DNA of 64,000 bases from an uncultured Actinomycetes bacterium. Lineage in GTDB: Bacteria > Actinomycetota > UBA4738 > HRBIN12. Below are positions 27,374 through 36,779 of this stretch, piece after piece. Made by a program: the position numbers and the translations under genes. Within the stretch, counting starts at the first letter, position 1; each line of letters starts with the position of its first letter. The notes beneath the pieces were generated by a model that saw only the letters and a list, made by a program, of their open reading frames with translations, was not told where the DNA came from and searched no databases. The stretch is taken from assembly GCA_964640085.1 (NCBI GenBank), contig CAZXFA010000001.1, positions 67,586 to 131,585 of the forward strand, in the 5' to 3' direction.

Positions 27374-27868
27374 ATGACCTTCTCCATCGAAGCGCTCAGC
27401 CTGCTGGTCCTCGCCGCGCTCGGCCTCGGCGCCCTCGCGCTGATCCTGTCGGCGCTCTCGCAGGGACGACGTCGCAGCGAGCAGCGCGGACCGATCCAGA
27501 TGGACGACGTGCTCCGCGGCGTCCTGGAGGGACACGCCCGACAGATCCAGCGGCTGGAGTCGGCTGTGAGGTCGCTGAACTCGACCGCGCGCCGACAGGA
27601 GGCGCTGATCCACGGCGCGGTGCGTCGCGTCGGGTTGGTCCGCTACGACGCGTTCGAGGACGTAGGAGGACGCCTCTCCTTCTCCTGCGCCCTGCTCGAC
27701 GACCACGGGAGCGGGGTCGTGCTGACCTCGATCAATGGACGGCAGGACACGCGCGTGTACGCGAAACCGATCGGCGAGGGGAAGAGCCGCTACAACCTCT
27801 CGGTCGAGGAGGAGGAAGCGATCCGGCAAGCGCTCGCGGGACCCCGGGAGGCGGTGACCGCCACGTGA
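27374..27868 (+). CDS. DUF4446-like membrane-anchored protein (hypothetical)
   Basis: ATG 27374, in the frame of track ORF 27158..27868. N-terminal TM helix (LSLLVLAALGLGALALILSAL), then a ~120-aa conserved-looking domain (...IHGAVRRVGLVRYDAFEDVGGRLSFSCALLDDHGSGVVLTSINGRQDTRVYAKPI...). Confidence 0.5.
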   Translation: MTFSIEALSLLVLAALGLGALALILSALSQGRRRSEQRGPIQMDDVLRGVLEGHARQIQRLESAVRSLNSTARRQEALIHGAVRRVGLVRYDAFEDVGGRLSFSCALLDDHGSGVVLTSINGRQDTRVYAKPIGEGKSRYNLSVEEEEAIRQALAGPREAVTAT

Positions 27869-27930
27869 TCTGGCGACGGGAGGACCCGGATGCGCCCGGT
27901 GAGGGGCGCCAGGAGACGAGGGGGCGACGG

Positions 27931-28335
27931 ATGGCAGAGCAGAGCGGTGAGGTCACCATCGTCGGACAGGGAGCCAAGCTCGAGGGGACGGTGGTCTCGG
28001 CCGGCTCCCTCCGGATCGACGGCCAGGTGAAGGGACAGATCAACGCCGACGGCGACGTGATGCTCTCCCCGCAGAGCCAGGTCGAGGCCGACATCCGCGC
28101 GCAGAACGTCTCGGTGGCCGGGAGGTTCAACGGCTCGATCGTCGTCAAGGGGCGCGCCGAGATCGCCCGCGGGGGCCGCGTCGACGGCAACATCACGTCG
28201 AAGACGCTGGTCGTCGAGGAGGGCGCAGTCTTCCAGGGTCAGAGCATCATGGACCAGCAGAAGGCCCAGGCCCCCACGCCTCAGGCCGCCCAGGGCAAGG
28301 GCGAGGCGGCTCAGGCGCAGCAGGCCAAGGTCTAG
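27931..28335 (+). CDS. bactofilin family cytoskeletal protein
   Basis: MAEQSGEVTIVGQGAKLEGTVVSAGSLRIDGQVKGQINADGDVMLSPQSQVEADIRAQNVSVAGRFNGSIVVKGRAEIARGGRVDGNITSKTLVVEEGAVFQGQ shows the repetitive beta-helical bactofilin (DUF583) pattern. AGGAG lies 12-16 nt upstream of ATG 27931. Gln/Ala-rich C-terminal tail. Confidence 0.8.
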   Translation: MAEQSGEVTIVGQGAKLEGTVVSAGSLRIDGQVKGQINADGDVMLSPQSQVEADIRAQNVSVAGRFNGSIVVKGRAEIARGGRVDGNITSKTLVVEEGAVFQGQSIMDQQKAQAPTPQAAQGKGEAAQAQQAKV

Positions 28336-28338
28336 CCC

Positions 28339-29610
28339 GTGCTCGACGTCAGGGCGATCCGGGAGGATCCCGAGCCGTTCCGTCGCGGCCTGGCCCGGCG
28401 CGGCCTGGCCGACGCGGTCGACGAGATCCTGCGGCTGGACGAACGCCACCGCTCACTGACCGCGCGGGTCGAGGAGCGCCGCGCACAGCAGAACCGCGTC
28501 TCCAAGGAGATCGGTGGCGAGCAGGGCGACCGGAAGCAGGAGCTGATCGCCGAGGCGAGCAGGGTCTCCGCTGACCTGAAGGAGCTCGAGCCGGAGCTCG
28601 ACGAGGCCGAGCGGGAGCTGAACGGGCTGTTGGCCCGGACCCCGAACGTGCCGCACGACTCAGCGCCGGCCGGGTTCACCGACGAGGACGCGGTGGAGGT
28701 GCGCCGGCACGGGGAGCCGTCGACCTTCGACTTCGAGCCGCGGGACCATGTCGCCCTGGGCGAGCTCCTCGGCGTGCTCGACACCGAACGGGCGGCGCGC
28801 GCGAGCGGATCGCGGTTCGTGTACCTACTGGGGGACATCGTGCACGTCCAGTTCGCCTTGGTCCGCCACGCGCTCGAGATCCTGGCATCCAGGGGCTTCA
28901 CGCCGGTGATCCCGCCGGTGCTCGTGCGCGAGGAGGCGATGTACGGAACCGGGTTCCTCCCGACGGACGAGCCCAACCTCTACGTGACGACCGAGGATCA
29001 GCTCTACCTGGTGGGGACCTCCGAGGTCCCGCTGGCCTCGTTCCACATGGGCGAGATCGTGGAGGAGGCCGCGCTCCCGTTGCGCTACGCGGGGTACTCC
29101 ACGTGCTTCCGGCGCGAGGCCGGCACCTACGGCAAGGACATGGGCGGGATGTTCCGCGTGCACCAGTTCGACAAGGTGGAGATGTTCAGCTTCACGCGAC
29201 CCGAGGACTCGTGGGCGGAGCAAGAGTTGATGGTCTCCGTCGAGGAGGAGATCGTGCAGCGCCTGGACCTGCCCTACCGGGTGGTGAACATCGCCGCGGG
29301 CGAACTGGGCGGCGCGGCCGCGAAGAAGTACGACCTGGAGGTCTGGCTCCCCGGTCAAGGGCGCTACCGCGAGCTCACGTCCTGCTCGAACTGCACCGAC
29401 TACCAGGCTCGGCGCCTCCAGACGCGGGTCCGGCGATCCGACGGGACGATAGAGGCACTCCACACCCTCAACGGGACCGCGACGGCGGTCGGCCGCACCC
29501 TGATCGCTCTCATCGAGAACGGCCAGCGTGCGGACGGCTCGGTGGCGCTCCCGGCGGTGCTCCATCCATACCTGCCGGAGGCGCTCCGCGAGCTGCGCCC
29601 GCCGGGCTGA
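28339..29610 (+). CDS. serS: seryl-tRNA synthetase
   Basis: N-terminal coiled-coil arm, class II motifs (...FRREAGTYGKDMGGMFRVHQFDKVEMF..., ...GELGGAAAKKYDLEVWLPGQGRYRELTSCSNCTDYQARRL...). GTG start. 423 aa. Confidence 0.95.
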   Translation: MLDVRAIREDPEPFRRGLARRGLADAVDEILRLDERHRSLTARVEERRAQQNRVSKEIGGEQGDRKQELIAEASRVSADLKELEPELDEAERELNGLLARTPNVPHDSAPAGFTDEDAVEVRRHGEPSTFDFEPRDHVALGELLGVLDTERAARASGSRFVYLLGDIVHVQFALVRHALEILASRGFTPVIPPVLVREEAMYGTGFLPTDEPNLYVTTEDQLYLVGTSEVPLASFHMGEIVEEAALPLRYAGYSTCFRREAGTYGKDMGGMFRVHQFDKVEMFSFTRPEDSWAEQELMVSVEEEIVQRLDLPYRVVNIAAGELGGAAAKKYDLEVWLPGQGRYRELTSCSNCTDYQARRLQTRVRRSDGTIEALHTLNGTATAVGRTLIALIENGQRADGSVALPAVLHPYLPEALRELRPPG

Positions 29611-29664
29611 GCCCGGAGGCCGTTTCCGGGGCACGCTCGTCGCGTTCTGGCTGCCGCTGGCGGC

Positions 29665-31485
29665 CTACCGCCTGCGCGGGGCCGGCTCGGCCCGAACCCG
29701 GATCGCCAGGTCCCGGTATCGGCGCTCGAGCTCTTGGAGCTTGTGCTCGGCCGAACGCTGTCGGGTCACGTCGAGGGCGACCCCGTGCCAGAAGCGTGGC
29801 GTTCCGCCGGCGTCCCGGAGCAGCGTCGCCCGGCTGTGCAGCCACACGACGACGTCGTCCTCGCGGACGACGCGGAACTCCTCGTCGAACGGTTCCCCGG
29901 ACTCCTCGGCGCGGGCGTTGGCGGCCAGGACGCGTTCCCTGTCCTCCGGATGCAGCATCCGGCCGAAGTGCCCCGGATCCGCCATGAGCTCCTCGACCGT
30001 CAGACCGAAGATCCGCTCCACCTGAGGGCTCACGTACACGAACCGCGCCTGATCCGGCGCCTCACCGGGGACCTCGATGTAGGTCATCGCCGGGATCTGC
30101 TCGACCAGCGTCCGGTACAGGGTCTCGGCCTCTCGGATCCTGGTCTCGGCCTCCTTGCGCCCGGTGATATCCATCATCACGCCCTGGAACAGGTCCGGTC
30201 GGCCGTCCGCATCGCGGCTGAGCAGCACTGCCTCGTCGAGGACCCACACGATGCGACCGTCCTTGTGCAGGTACCGGAACTCCATCGAGAACGGTTCGCC
30301 GGTGGTCTCCGAGCGAAGGGCGGCGGCGATCACCGCCGTGCGGTCGTCTGGGTGCAGACGCGACATCCAGAAGTCGGGCGTCGCGTGCCACTCGTCGACG
30401 GTGTACCCGAGCATCCGCTCGATCCGCGGGCTCGTGTAGAAGCGCGACCGGTCGGGTGGGGGGGAGCATTCCCAGACGTAGGTCACGGCGGGGATCTGCT
30501 CCGCCAGGAGACGTGACCGGTGCTCGGCCTCGCGCAGCTCCGCCTCAGCGCGCCGCCGCTCGGCGATCTCGAGGGACATGAGCTCGTTGGCTTCCTCCAG
30601 GGCGGCCGCGCGTTCGACCACGCGCATCTCGAGCTCGTCGCGCGCGGTGCGCAGCTCGTCCTCGACGCGCTTGAGCTCGGTGATGTCGAGCTGGACGCCC
30701 AACCAGTGTTGTGGGCGACCGGCGTCGTCCCGGACGAGGGTCGCGACGTCCCGGAACCACACCGGCCGTCCGTCGCTCGCGATCAGCCGGTATTCACGCT
30801 TCCATGGCTCCCCGGTCTGGTTGTGACGATCGTGGGCGTCGAGCGTGAGCTCGCGGTCGTCGGGGTGCAGCAGCTCGGTCCAGATGTCGGGCTGGTCCAG
30901 CCACTCCTGTCTGGTATAGCCGAGGGTCCGCTCCACGTGCGGGCTCACGTACAGGGTTCGCCGGTCGTCGTCGGGCGCCACCATGTACACGACGGCCGGC
31001 ACGTTCTCCACCAGCAGCCGGTACCGGGTCTCGGATCCGCGGAGGGTCTCCTCGGTGAGCTTGGAGCCCGTGATATCGAAGACCACGCCCTGCCAGAAGA
31101 GCGGCTGTCCGTGCTCGTCCCGGAGCACGACCGCTCCGTCTCGGACCCAAACGACCGAGCCGTCCGGGCGCATGCACCGGTACTCGGACTCGAACCGATC
31201 CTGGCGCCCCATCGCCGCCGACCACTCCGCCATCACGCGGGCGTGGTCATCGGAGTGGATCGAGCGCGTCCACAGGTCGCGGTCGTGGAGGTACCGCGAG
31301 GGGGTGTGGCCCAGGATCGCCTCGACCTGCGGGCTCACGTAGAGCGTGCGCGAGCGGAGCTCGTTCGAGGCCACGTAGACGATCGCGGGGACCTGCTCGA
31401 CGAGGCTCCGATACAGCGCTCCGGACGCGTCCAGATGCCGCGGCGGCTCGGCCGCGCCGCGATCGCGGTGGTCGGGGGCCGACAT
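29665..31485 (-). CDS. multi-PAS sensor protein: four tandem PAS domains, no recognizable output domain
   Basis: Four ~125-aa repeats, each of the form ...YVSP(Q/H/R)VE..LG(Y/H)T..E(W/L).......W...(L/I)HP(D/E)DR........ ....GEP(F/W)..E(Y/F)R.......VW...... ......G.P..(W/F)(Q/H/L)GV..DIT..K. The repeats are also visible at DNA level with a ~450-nt period. Confidence 0.8.
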   Translation of the reverse strand: MSAPDHRDRGAAEPPRHLDASGALYRSLVEQVPAIVYVASNELRSRTLYVSPQVEAILGHTPSRYLHDRDLWTRSIHSDDHARVMAEWSAAMGRQDRFESEYRCMRPDGSVVWVRDGAVVLRDEHGQPLFWQGVVFDITGSKLTEETLRGSETRYRLLVENVPAVVYMVAPDDDRRTLYVSPHVERTLGYTRQEWLDQPDIWTELLHPDDRELTLDAHDRHNQTGEPWKREYRLIASDGRPVWFRDVATLVRDDAGRPQHWLGVQLDITELKRVEDELRTARDELEMRVVERAAALEEANELMSLEIAERRRAEAELREAEHRSRLLAEQIPAVTYVWECSPPPDRSRFYTSPRIERMLGYTVDEWHATPDFWMSRLHPDDRTAVIAAALRSETTGEPFSMEFRYLHKDGRIVWVLDEAVLLSRDADGRPDLFQGVMMDITGRKEAETRIREAETLYRTLVEQIPAMTYIEVPGEAPDQARFVYVSPQVERIFGLTVEELMADPGHFGRMLHPEDRERVLAANARAEESGEPFDEEFRVVREDDVVVWLHSRATLLRDAGGTPRFWHGVALDVTRQRSAEHKLQELERRYRDLAIRVRAEPAPRRR

Positions 31486-31559
31486 CGCCCCACATGGTGC
31501 CAGAAGGCCCGTGCCGGGGGAAGCGGGCGCGGAGGGCCGGCTGAGCTAGGCTCGCGGGC

Positions 31560-31649
31560 GGGAGGATGGCCGAGCGGACGAAGGCGGCGGTCTTGAAAAC
31601 CGCTAGTCCCGCAAGGGGCTCCTGGGTTCGAATCCCAGTCCTCCCGCCA
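31560..31649 (+). tRNA. tRNA-Ser (anticodon TGA), class II, CCA encoded
   Basis: Acceptor GGGAGGA/TCCTCCC (perfect 7 bp), D-arm GCCGAGCGG, anticodon stem GCGGT/ACCGC with loop CTTGAAA, long variable arm, T-arm CTGGG-TTCGAAT-CCCAG, discriminator G, then CCA. Confidence 0.85.
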
Positions 31650-31931
31650 TCCACCGAACGGCGCCCGATGGTGACCGGATCCGATCGCGGGATGCCTCAG
31701 CTCCCTGGTCGGGGAAGGAACGGGGTATGAGATCTCGCGCCCTGGGGATCCTCGGGCTGCTCGTCCTCGTCGGCGCGGCCGCCGACGCCGGTCGCGCCGC
31801 GGTTGGCTGCGTCGCCGCGGGCAACGGATACCCCGGCGGAGCCCGGTTCCGTCCTTTCCCAGGGGGACGAACCAGGAGATCGATCCGGATCGTCCGCGTC
31901 GCGCCGAGCTTGACCGAGGGCGTTCGCGCGG

Positions 31932-33419
31932 CTACCCAGTGGAGCGGTCGGCGCCCTTCGTCCCGGCGGCCCGACCGTCCGCGACGCGGCCGTCGGTGAT
32001 CCGGAGCACGCGATCGAGGCGGGGCTCGACCTCCTCGTTGTGCGTCGCGATCACGCAGCAGGTCCCCAGGGCGGCGGCCGCCCCGAAGGCATCCAGGATC
32101 CGTCGGGCCGAGCCCGCGTCCTGGTGCCCGGTGGGCTCGTCGGCGAGCAGGAGCGCCGGCCGGAGCACGAGGGCTCGCGCCACCGAGGCGCGCTGCTGCT
32201 CGCCGAGGGACGTCTCCCGCGGGTAGCGACGCTCCAGGTGCTCGATGCCCAGCGCGGCCAGGAGCTCGTCGACCCGATCGCTCCCCCGCTCGAGCCGTGC
32301 GGTCAACCGGAGCGGATACCCGACGTTCTCCCGCACCGTGAGCTCCTCGAGCATGCCGAGCTTCTGTGGGACCACGGCGACCTCGTGCCAGGCGGGGATC
32401 GACGAGCCCACACGCTCGAGCGTCCCGGCGTCGGGACGCTCCCAGCCCGCGAGGACGTTCAGGAGCGTGGTCTTGCCCGAGCCGGACCGGCCCACCAACC
32501 CCACCAGCTCCCCGGCGCGCAGCGAGAGCGACACGCGGTCCAGCGCGTGCACGGCTTCGTCGCCGCGGCGGTAGGACTTGGAGAGCCCGATTGCGGTCAC
32601 CACCGGCGTCGCCTCCGCCTCGACGTCAGCGACCGGTGGCGTGACTTGGGGTGCCCACCGGACGCCGCGGTCCGGCACGCCGCGCGGCGGGCGGGCCGCT
32701 CCCGGCTCGCCGGATCGGATGGGCGCTGCCCGTCCGCCGGGGCGCCTCCGCTGCACCCCGTGCTCGAGCTCGAGCGCCTCGTCGGCTCGACGCATCACCG
32801 CCGGGTCGTGCGTGGCGAGCACGAACGTCACGCCGCGGTCGACGAGCGCCCTGATCGTGTCCAGCACCAGCCGCGCCGACGCCGTGTCGAGCTCGGCGGT
32901 CGGCTCGTCGGCGACGATCGTCTCCGCTCCGCCCATCAGGACCTCGGCCATCGCGGCGCGCTGCTGCTCCCCGCCCGAGAGCTCGCCGGGGAGGTGGTCG
33001 ATCCGGTGGGCGATGCCGAGCGTCTCCAGGAGATCCTCCGGCGGGATCCGCGGTGGCCGATGGGTGATCCTGGCGGCCATCCGGAGGTGCTCCCCGACCG
33101 TGAGGTGTGGCAGGAAGTTGTCCGAGGGCCGCTGGAAGAGGTAGCCGACCACCGTGCGACGGAACCTCCGCAGATCTCGTCCCGAGGCTCGGTGCACCGG
33201 GGTCCCCCCGACGACCAGCGTGCCCTCGGTTGGCCGGTCCAGTCCCGCGAGCAACCGCAGCAGCGAGGACTTCCCGCTCCCCGAGGGCCCGATCACGGCG
33301 GTGAGGGCGCCGGCGGGGAGCTCGGCCGTGATGCCGGCCAGGGCCCGGACCTCGCTGGCGTCGGTGCGGTAGGTCTTCACGAGCCCGTCGGACCGGGCCG
33401 CGACGCCTTCAGTCCGCAA
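31932..33419 (-). CDS. ABC transporter ATP-binding protein with two tandem ABC domains (MacB/LolD-type ATPase duplicated)
   Basis: Two Walker A motifs (GPSGSGKSSLL, GRSGSGKTTLL), two signature motifs (LSGGEQQR, SLGEQQR), two Walker B motifs (IVADEPT, LLADEPTGHQD). Confidence 0.85.
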   Translation of the reverse strand: MRTEGVAARSDGLVKTYRTDASEVRALAGITAELPAGALTAVIGPSGSGKSSLLRLLAGLDRPTEGTLVVGGTPVHRASGRDLRRFRRTVVGYLFQRPSDNFLPHLTVGEHLRMAARITHRPPRIPPEDLLETLGIAHRIDHLPGELSGGEQQRAAMAEVLMGGAETIVADEPTAELDTASARLVLDTIRALVDRGVTFVLATHDPAVMRRADEALELEHGVQRRRPGGRAAPIRSGEPGAARPPRGVPDRGVRWAPQVTPPVADVEAEATPVVTAIGLSKSYRRGDEAVHALDRVSLSLRAGELVGLVGRSGSGKTTLLNVLAGWERPDAGTLERVGSSIPAWHEVAVVPQKLGMLEELTVRENVGYPLRLTARLERGSDRVDELLAALGIEHLERRYPRETSLGEQQRASVARALVLRPALLLADEPTGHQDAGSARRILDAFGAAAALGTCCVIATHNEEVEPRLDRVLRITDGRVADGRAAGTKGADRSTG

Positions 33420-36153
33420 GTCGCATCACCTCACCCAGGTCGGCACGACGCGCGCGCACCCCCGTGAGCCAACCGCCGACGAGCGTCGCCAGGGCGAGCG
33501 CCGGAGCGAGCCACGCGACGACCGAGAGCGGGAGGACGGTGAGGGGCGGGGGTGGGACCACCTCGAGCGGGTCGAGCAGCGGGATCGTCAGGCGCGCCGC
33601 GACCACCCCGAGGACGGCGCCCGCGACGTACGCGGCCGCCAGGAGCGCGCCGAGCTCGGCCGCGACCGCGCGCACGTGCCCGCGCCCGTCCATCCCCATC
33701 CTGAGCGACAGGCCGTAGGTGACGATCTGCGACCGCTGCCGTGCCTGCAGGTACATCAGGGTCGCCACGATGACCAGGAGCGCCGCCGCGAGGCCGAGAC
33801 CGTTCATCACCAGGAACGTGTCGATCACGGCCGAGATGTAGGGGATGTCCTTCACCTCGTCGGTCGTGAGCACCAGATCGGGGAGGTATGGGAGCGTCGC
33901 GAGCGCCTCGCGCGCGGCGTCGGGCGTGGCCCGGATCCAGAGCTCGGTCGTGGTGTCGGACGCGTCCAACGGGTTCGGGGTGCCTCCGAGGGCGGCCAAC
34001 AACCGCTGTTCGTCCGCGATCACCAGGGGGCGGAGCGACGACATCCCCGGGAAGGCCTCCGCGTGACCGACGACCGCGATCGGGATCGTCTGCGTGCCCA
34101 CCGTGATCGTCGAGGGATCCGGACCGTTCCACGCCGCCAGGATCACGCGGACCTCGGGGGTCCCGCCGCCGAGGAGCCGGCCGGTGAGCTCCTCCAGCGG
34201 GACCTCGGAGAACGAGGGGTCCCAGAAGGCGGCGTCTGCGAACGTCGCCGCATCGATGGTCAGCAGGTCGAAGGGCACGTCATCGCGGAAGGTTCCCGCC
34301 TGGAACGCCCGGCTCACACGCGTGAACGGCTCGCCGATCCGCTCGGGGACCACGTTCCCGTAGTCGATCCTGGCCTGCACAGCACTCCCGACGTACACGG
34401 CCGCCTTCGCATCGACCGTCGCCCGGACCGAACGCGTGAGGGCCTGCGCCTCGACGAACAGGCCGAGGCACAGCCCCGCGGCGGAGGTCACGAGGAGGGT
34501 CAGCCCGGCGGTACCTGCCAGCCGATGGATTGCGAGGAACGGGGCGGGTGACAGGCGGCCGCTCCGCCGCCGGAGCGCCACGAGCGCGAGCGTGAAGCCT
34601 CTGGCGACGATCGAGACGAACCCCGCGAGGAAGAGCACCGGGAACAACAGCAGGAGCGGGCTCGGACGCTTCGAGATCGAGGACGGATCCTCGAGCAGCG
34701 CTCCGCCCGAGCGGAGCCGATCGAGCACGACCAGCGCCAGGGCGGCGATCCCCAGCTCCCACGGAACGCGGGAGAGCACGCCCAGCCGCGCCCGATGGTG
34801 CTCGGAGTGTCGGAGGAAGGACACCGCCGCGACCAGCCCGTTCACGAGCACGGCGGCCAGGGCGGCGAGCGTACCGGCCAGGACGGCCTCCTGGAGGGCG
34901 CCGGCGTCGATCCTCCCCTCGGGTCCCAACGTGCGGACCACGACGAACGCGACGCCGAACCCGGTCACCGCACCGATGACCGCGGGCAGGAGCGATTCGA
35001 GCGCGGCCCGGGTGGCGATCGTTCCCGGGCCGGTCCCACGGGCGTTCAGCAGCGCGGCCTCGACCCGGCGCGCCGACATCGCGAACGCGCCCGCCGAGGC
35101 GACGACGACGAGCGCCACCAGCAGCCCGGCCACGCGGAGGAGCCCCGCCGGGCCCTCGACCGTGGTCATGCGACGTTGGACGTCGGTCGCGACGTCGTCG
35201 ATGCGGGTCGTGAACGTCGGATCGAACTGGGACCGACAGAAGCTCACGTAGCAGCTGTGGAACGCCTCGCCGGGCGCGGTCCCCGGCCGCGTTCGTTCGT
35301 TCAACCGGTCGGCGAGATCCGCGATCCCCCGGGCCTCCACCAGGGTCACGTCCCGCGCGAGTGGCGCCTGCCACGCATACCAGGCGCGGCCGATCCCGAG
35401 CTCGTCGGACATCTGGAGGAACTCGGCCCGCTCGACGATCAGGGGCTGGGGAGGCGGAGGACAGTTGCTGCAGTACAGCACCAGTTCGTCGTACCAGGGG
35501 TTCCAGTAGCCGGAGATCCTCCCTCGGTACAGGCCGCGGAAGACGCCCCGCACGGTCAGAGGCTCTGAGGCCTGCCGGTCGCTCGAGAGGACGATGCGGT
35601 CCCCCGGCGCGATGTCGAGCGCGTCGGCCACCAGGTCCGGCACCCACACGCCGCCCGAGCCCGAGCCGGCGACCACCTCGACGTGGGCGTCGACGCCCTC
35701 GCCCGTGAACAGCCGGATCTCCCGCGTGTTCCGGGGTGCGTCCGCCCGAGCGACGTGGAGCTGAGGTCCGAGGATCGACGCGACCGCCCGATCGAGCAGC
35801 GGGCTCGACCCGGTGAGGCGCCGGAACGCCTCGTCCGCCACCGTGACCGGCTCGCCGAGCCCGGTGCCGGACGGGGGCGGGAGGCTGTCCGACCGATGGG
35901 TCAGCCCGGCTCCGAAACGCGTGACGGTGGCGTCGGCGATGCGGCTCCGAACCAGGCCGCTCGCCGTCGCGGACAGGAACATCGGGTGGGCCGCCGCCGT
36001 AGCGGCGAGCAGGAGGGCCCCCACCGCGAGCGCGATCAGGAGCCCCGGATAGCGGAGCAGGATCAGCGGCGCGTGGGTCCACAGCGGGTTCGCGCCCCCC
36101 GTTCCGGTGGAAGCCTTCAGCCGGCCGTCCTTTCCGTCCTGCGTCCGAGCCAC
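33409..36153 (-). CDS. FtsX-family (MacB-like) ABC transporter permease, 914 aa
   Basis: Very long polytopic protein with two FtsX-like 4-TM modules separated by large extracytoplasmic domains. Overlaps the ATPase start by 11 nt. Confidence 0.75.
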   Translation of the reverse strand: MARTQDGKDGRLKASTGTGGANPLWTHAPLILLRYPGLLIALAVGALLLAATAAAHPMFLSATASGLVRSRIADATVTRFGAGLTHRSDSLPPPSGTGLGEPVTVADEAFRRLTGSSPLLDRAVASILGPQLHVARADAPRNTREIRLFTGEGVDAHVEVVAGSGSGGVWVPDLVADALDIAPGDRIVLSSDRQASEPLTVRGVFRGLYRGRISGYWNPWYDELVLYCSNCPPPPQPLIVERAEFLQMSDELGIGRAWYAWQAPLARDVTLVEARGIADLADRLNERTRPGTAPGEAFHSCYVSFCRSQFDPTFTTRIDDVATDVQRRMTTVEGPAGLLRVAGLLVALVVVASAGAFAMSARRVEAALLNARGTGPGTIATRAALESLLPAVIGAVTGFGVAFVVVRTLGPEGRIDAGALQEAVLAGTLAALAAVLVNGLVAAVSFLRHSEHHRARLGVLSRVPWELGIAALALVVLDRLRSGGALLEDPSSISKRPSPLLLLFPVLFLAGFVSIVARGFTLALVALRRRSGRLSPAPFLAIHRLAGTAGLTLLVTSAAGLCLGLFVEAQALTRSVRATVDAKAAVYVGSAVQARIDYGNVVPERIGEPFTRVSRAFQAGTFRDDVPFDLLTIDAATFADAAFWDPSFSEVPLEELTGRLLGGGTPEVRVILAAWNGPDPSTITVGTQTIPIAVVGHAEAFPGMSSLRPLVIADEQRLLAALGGTPNPLDASDTTTELWIRATPDAAREALATLPYLPDLVLTTDEVKDIPYISAVIDTFLVMNGLGLAAALLVIVATLMYLQARQRSQIVTYGLSLRMGMDGRGHVRAVAAELGALLAAAYVAGAVLGVVAARLTIPLLDPLEVVPPPPLTVLPLSVVAWLAPALALATLVGGWLTGVRARRADLGEVMRLAD

Positions 36154-36536
36154 TACTTTCTACGTCGCCGGCCGCTTCCCTCGCTCGCGATGACGTGCGC
36201 GAGTGGATTGAGCCCTGGCCAGGCGGCTCGACGCCGTCGGCGTCGATCGGTGACCTCTACCGGATCGACCGCTTCGCCGTCCCGCGAGGCCGACCTCTTG
36301 GCCTAGTCCGGACGATGGGTGCATCCGTAGGCCAACGGAGGTAGAGCACATCACCTGCCGTCCCCATACTGGATTCCGCCAGATGGGGCTACAGGAGGAG
36401 CGTTAGGGGACGAGCACGACACCGTCCGGGGGGCGCCGGATCGTCGAGTTGCGTCCCACGTCCTCGCGATCGGCCGAGGGCAGGTCGATCAGGTGCATCG
36501 CCCGCTACCGCAGATCGAGCCAGAAGGAGCGATGTG

Positions 36537-36779
36537 ATGCTTGGCAGGTTCACCGCGAACATCCGTGTTGGTTTCTCCTCGATCACCCGCCTGACCGCCG
36601 GGAAGGTGGCGGTCGGCGCGGTCGTCGCCGCCTCCCTCGTGACTCCCCAGGGATGGAGGCTGCTCGTCACCATCGCAGCCCTCGCTCTGCTGTTCGCCGC
36701 TGCTGGCGCGTTCCTGGGGATCGACCTCGAGGCGCAGAGGAAGGGGGCGAGGACGGATGTCTTCTCTGATCGGTCGTAG
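36537..36779 (+). CDS. small membrane protein (80 aa, two hydrophobic segments; hypothetical)
   Basis: AAGGAG lies 8 nt upstream of ATG 36537 (a GTG at 36534 is also in frame). Product ...GKVAVGAVVAASLVTPQGWRLLVTIAALALLFAAAGAFLGIDL.... Its stop overlaps the next gene's start region. Confidence 0.45.
   Translation: MLGRFTANIRVGFSSITRLTAGKVAVGAVVAASLVTPQGWRLLVTIAALALLFAAAGAFLGIDLEAQRKGARTDVFSDRS

Noticed and set aside
26450-27829. Full 459-aa extent of the track ORF containing the LarC-like domain
   Set aside because: The upstream 190 residues overlap the well-supported plus-strand DUF4446-like gene and read as low-complexity sequence. Only the portion from ATG 27259 is credible.
31727-31999. 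90-aa plus-strand ORF with a signal-peptide-like start (MRSRALGILGLLVLVGAAADA) and a GGAAGGA RBS just after tRNA-Ser(TGA)
   Set aside because: After ~30 residues the translation becomes Arg/Pro-rich junk and overlaps the 3' end of the ABC ATPase gene by ~70 nt. It is possibly a decayed secreted-peptide gene but is not supportable as a CDS.
36362-36388. Hairpin CCCCATaCTGG-ATTCCG-CCAGaTGGGG in the 380-nt region upstream of the 36537 ORF: possible riboswitch or attenuator?
   Set aside because: I could not match it to any known riboswitch consensus by eye. It is kept only as a note inside the lower-GC-module finding.
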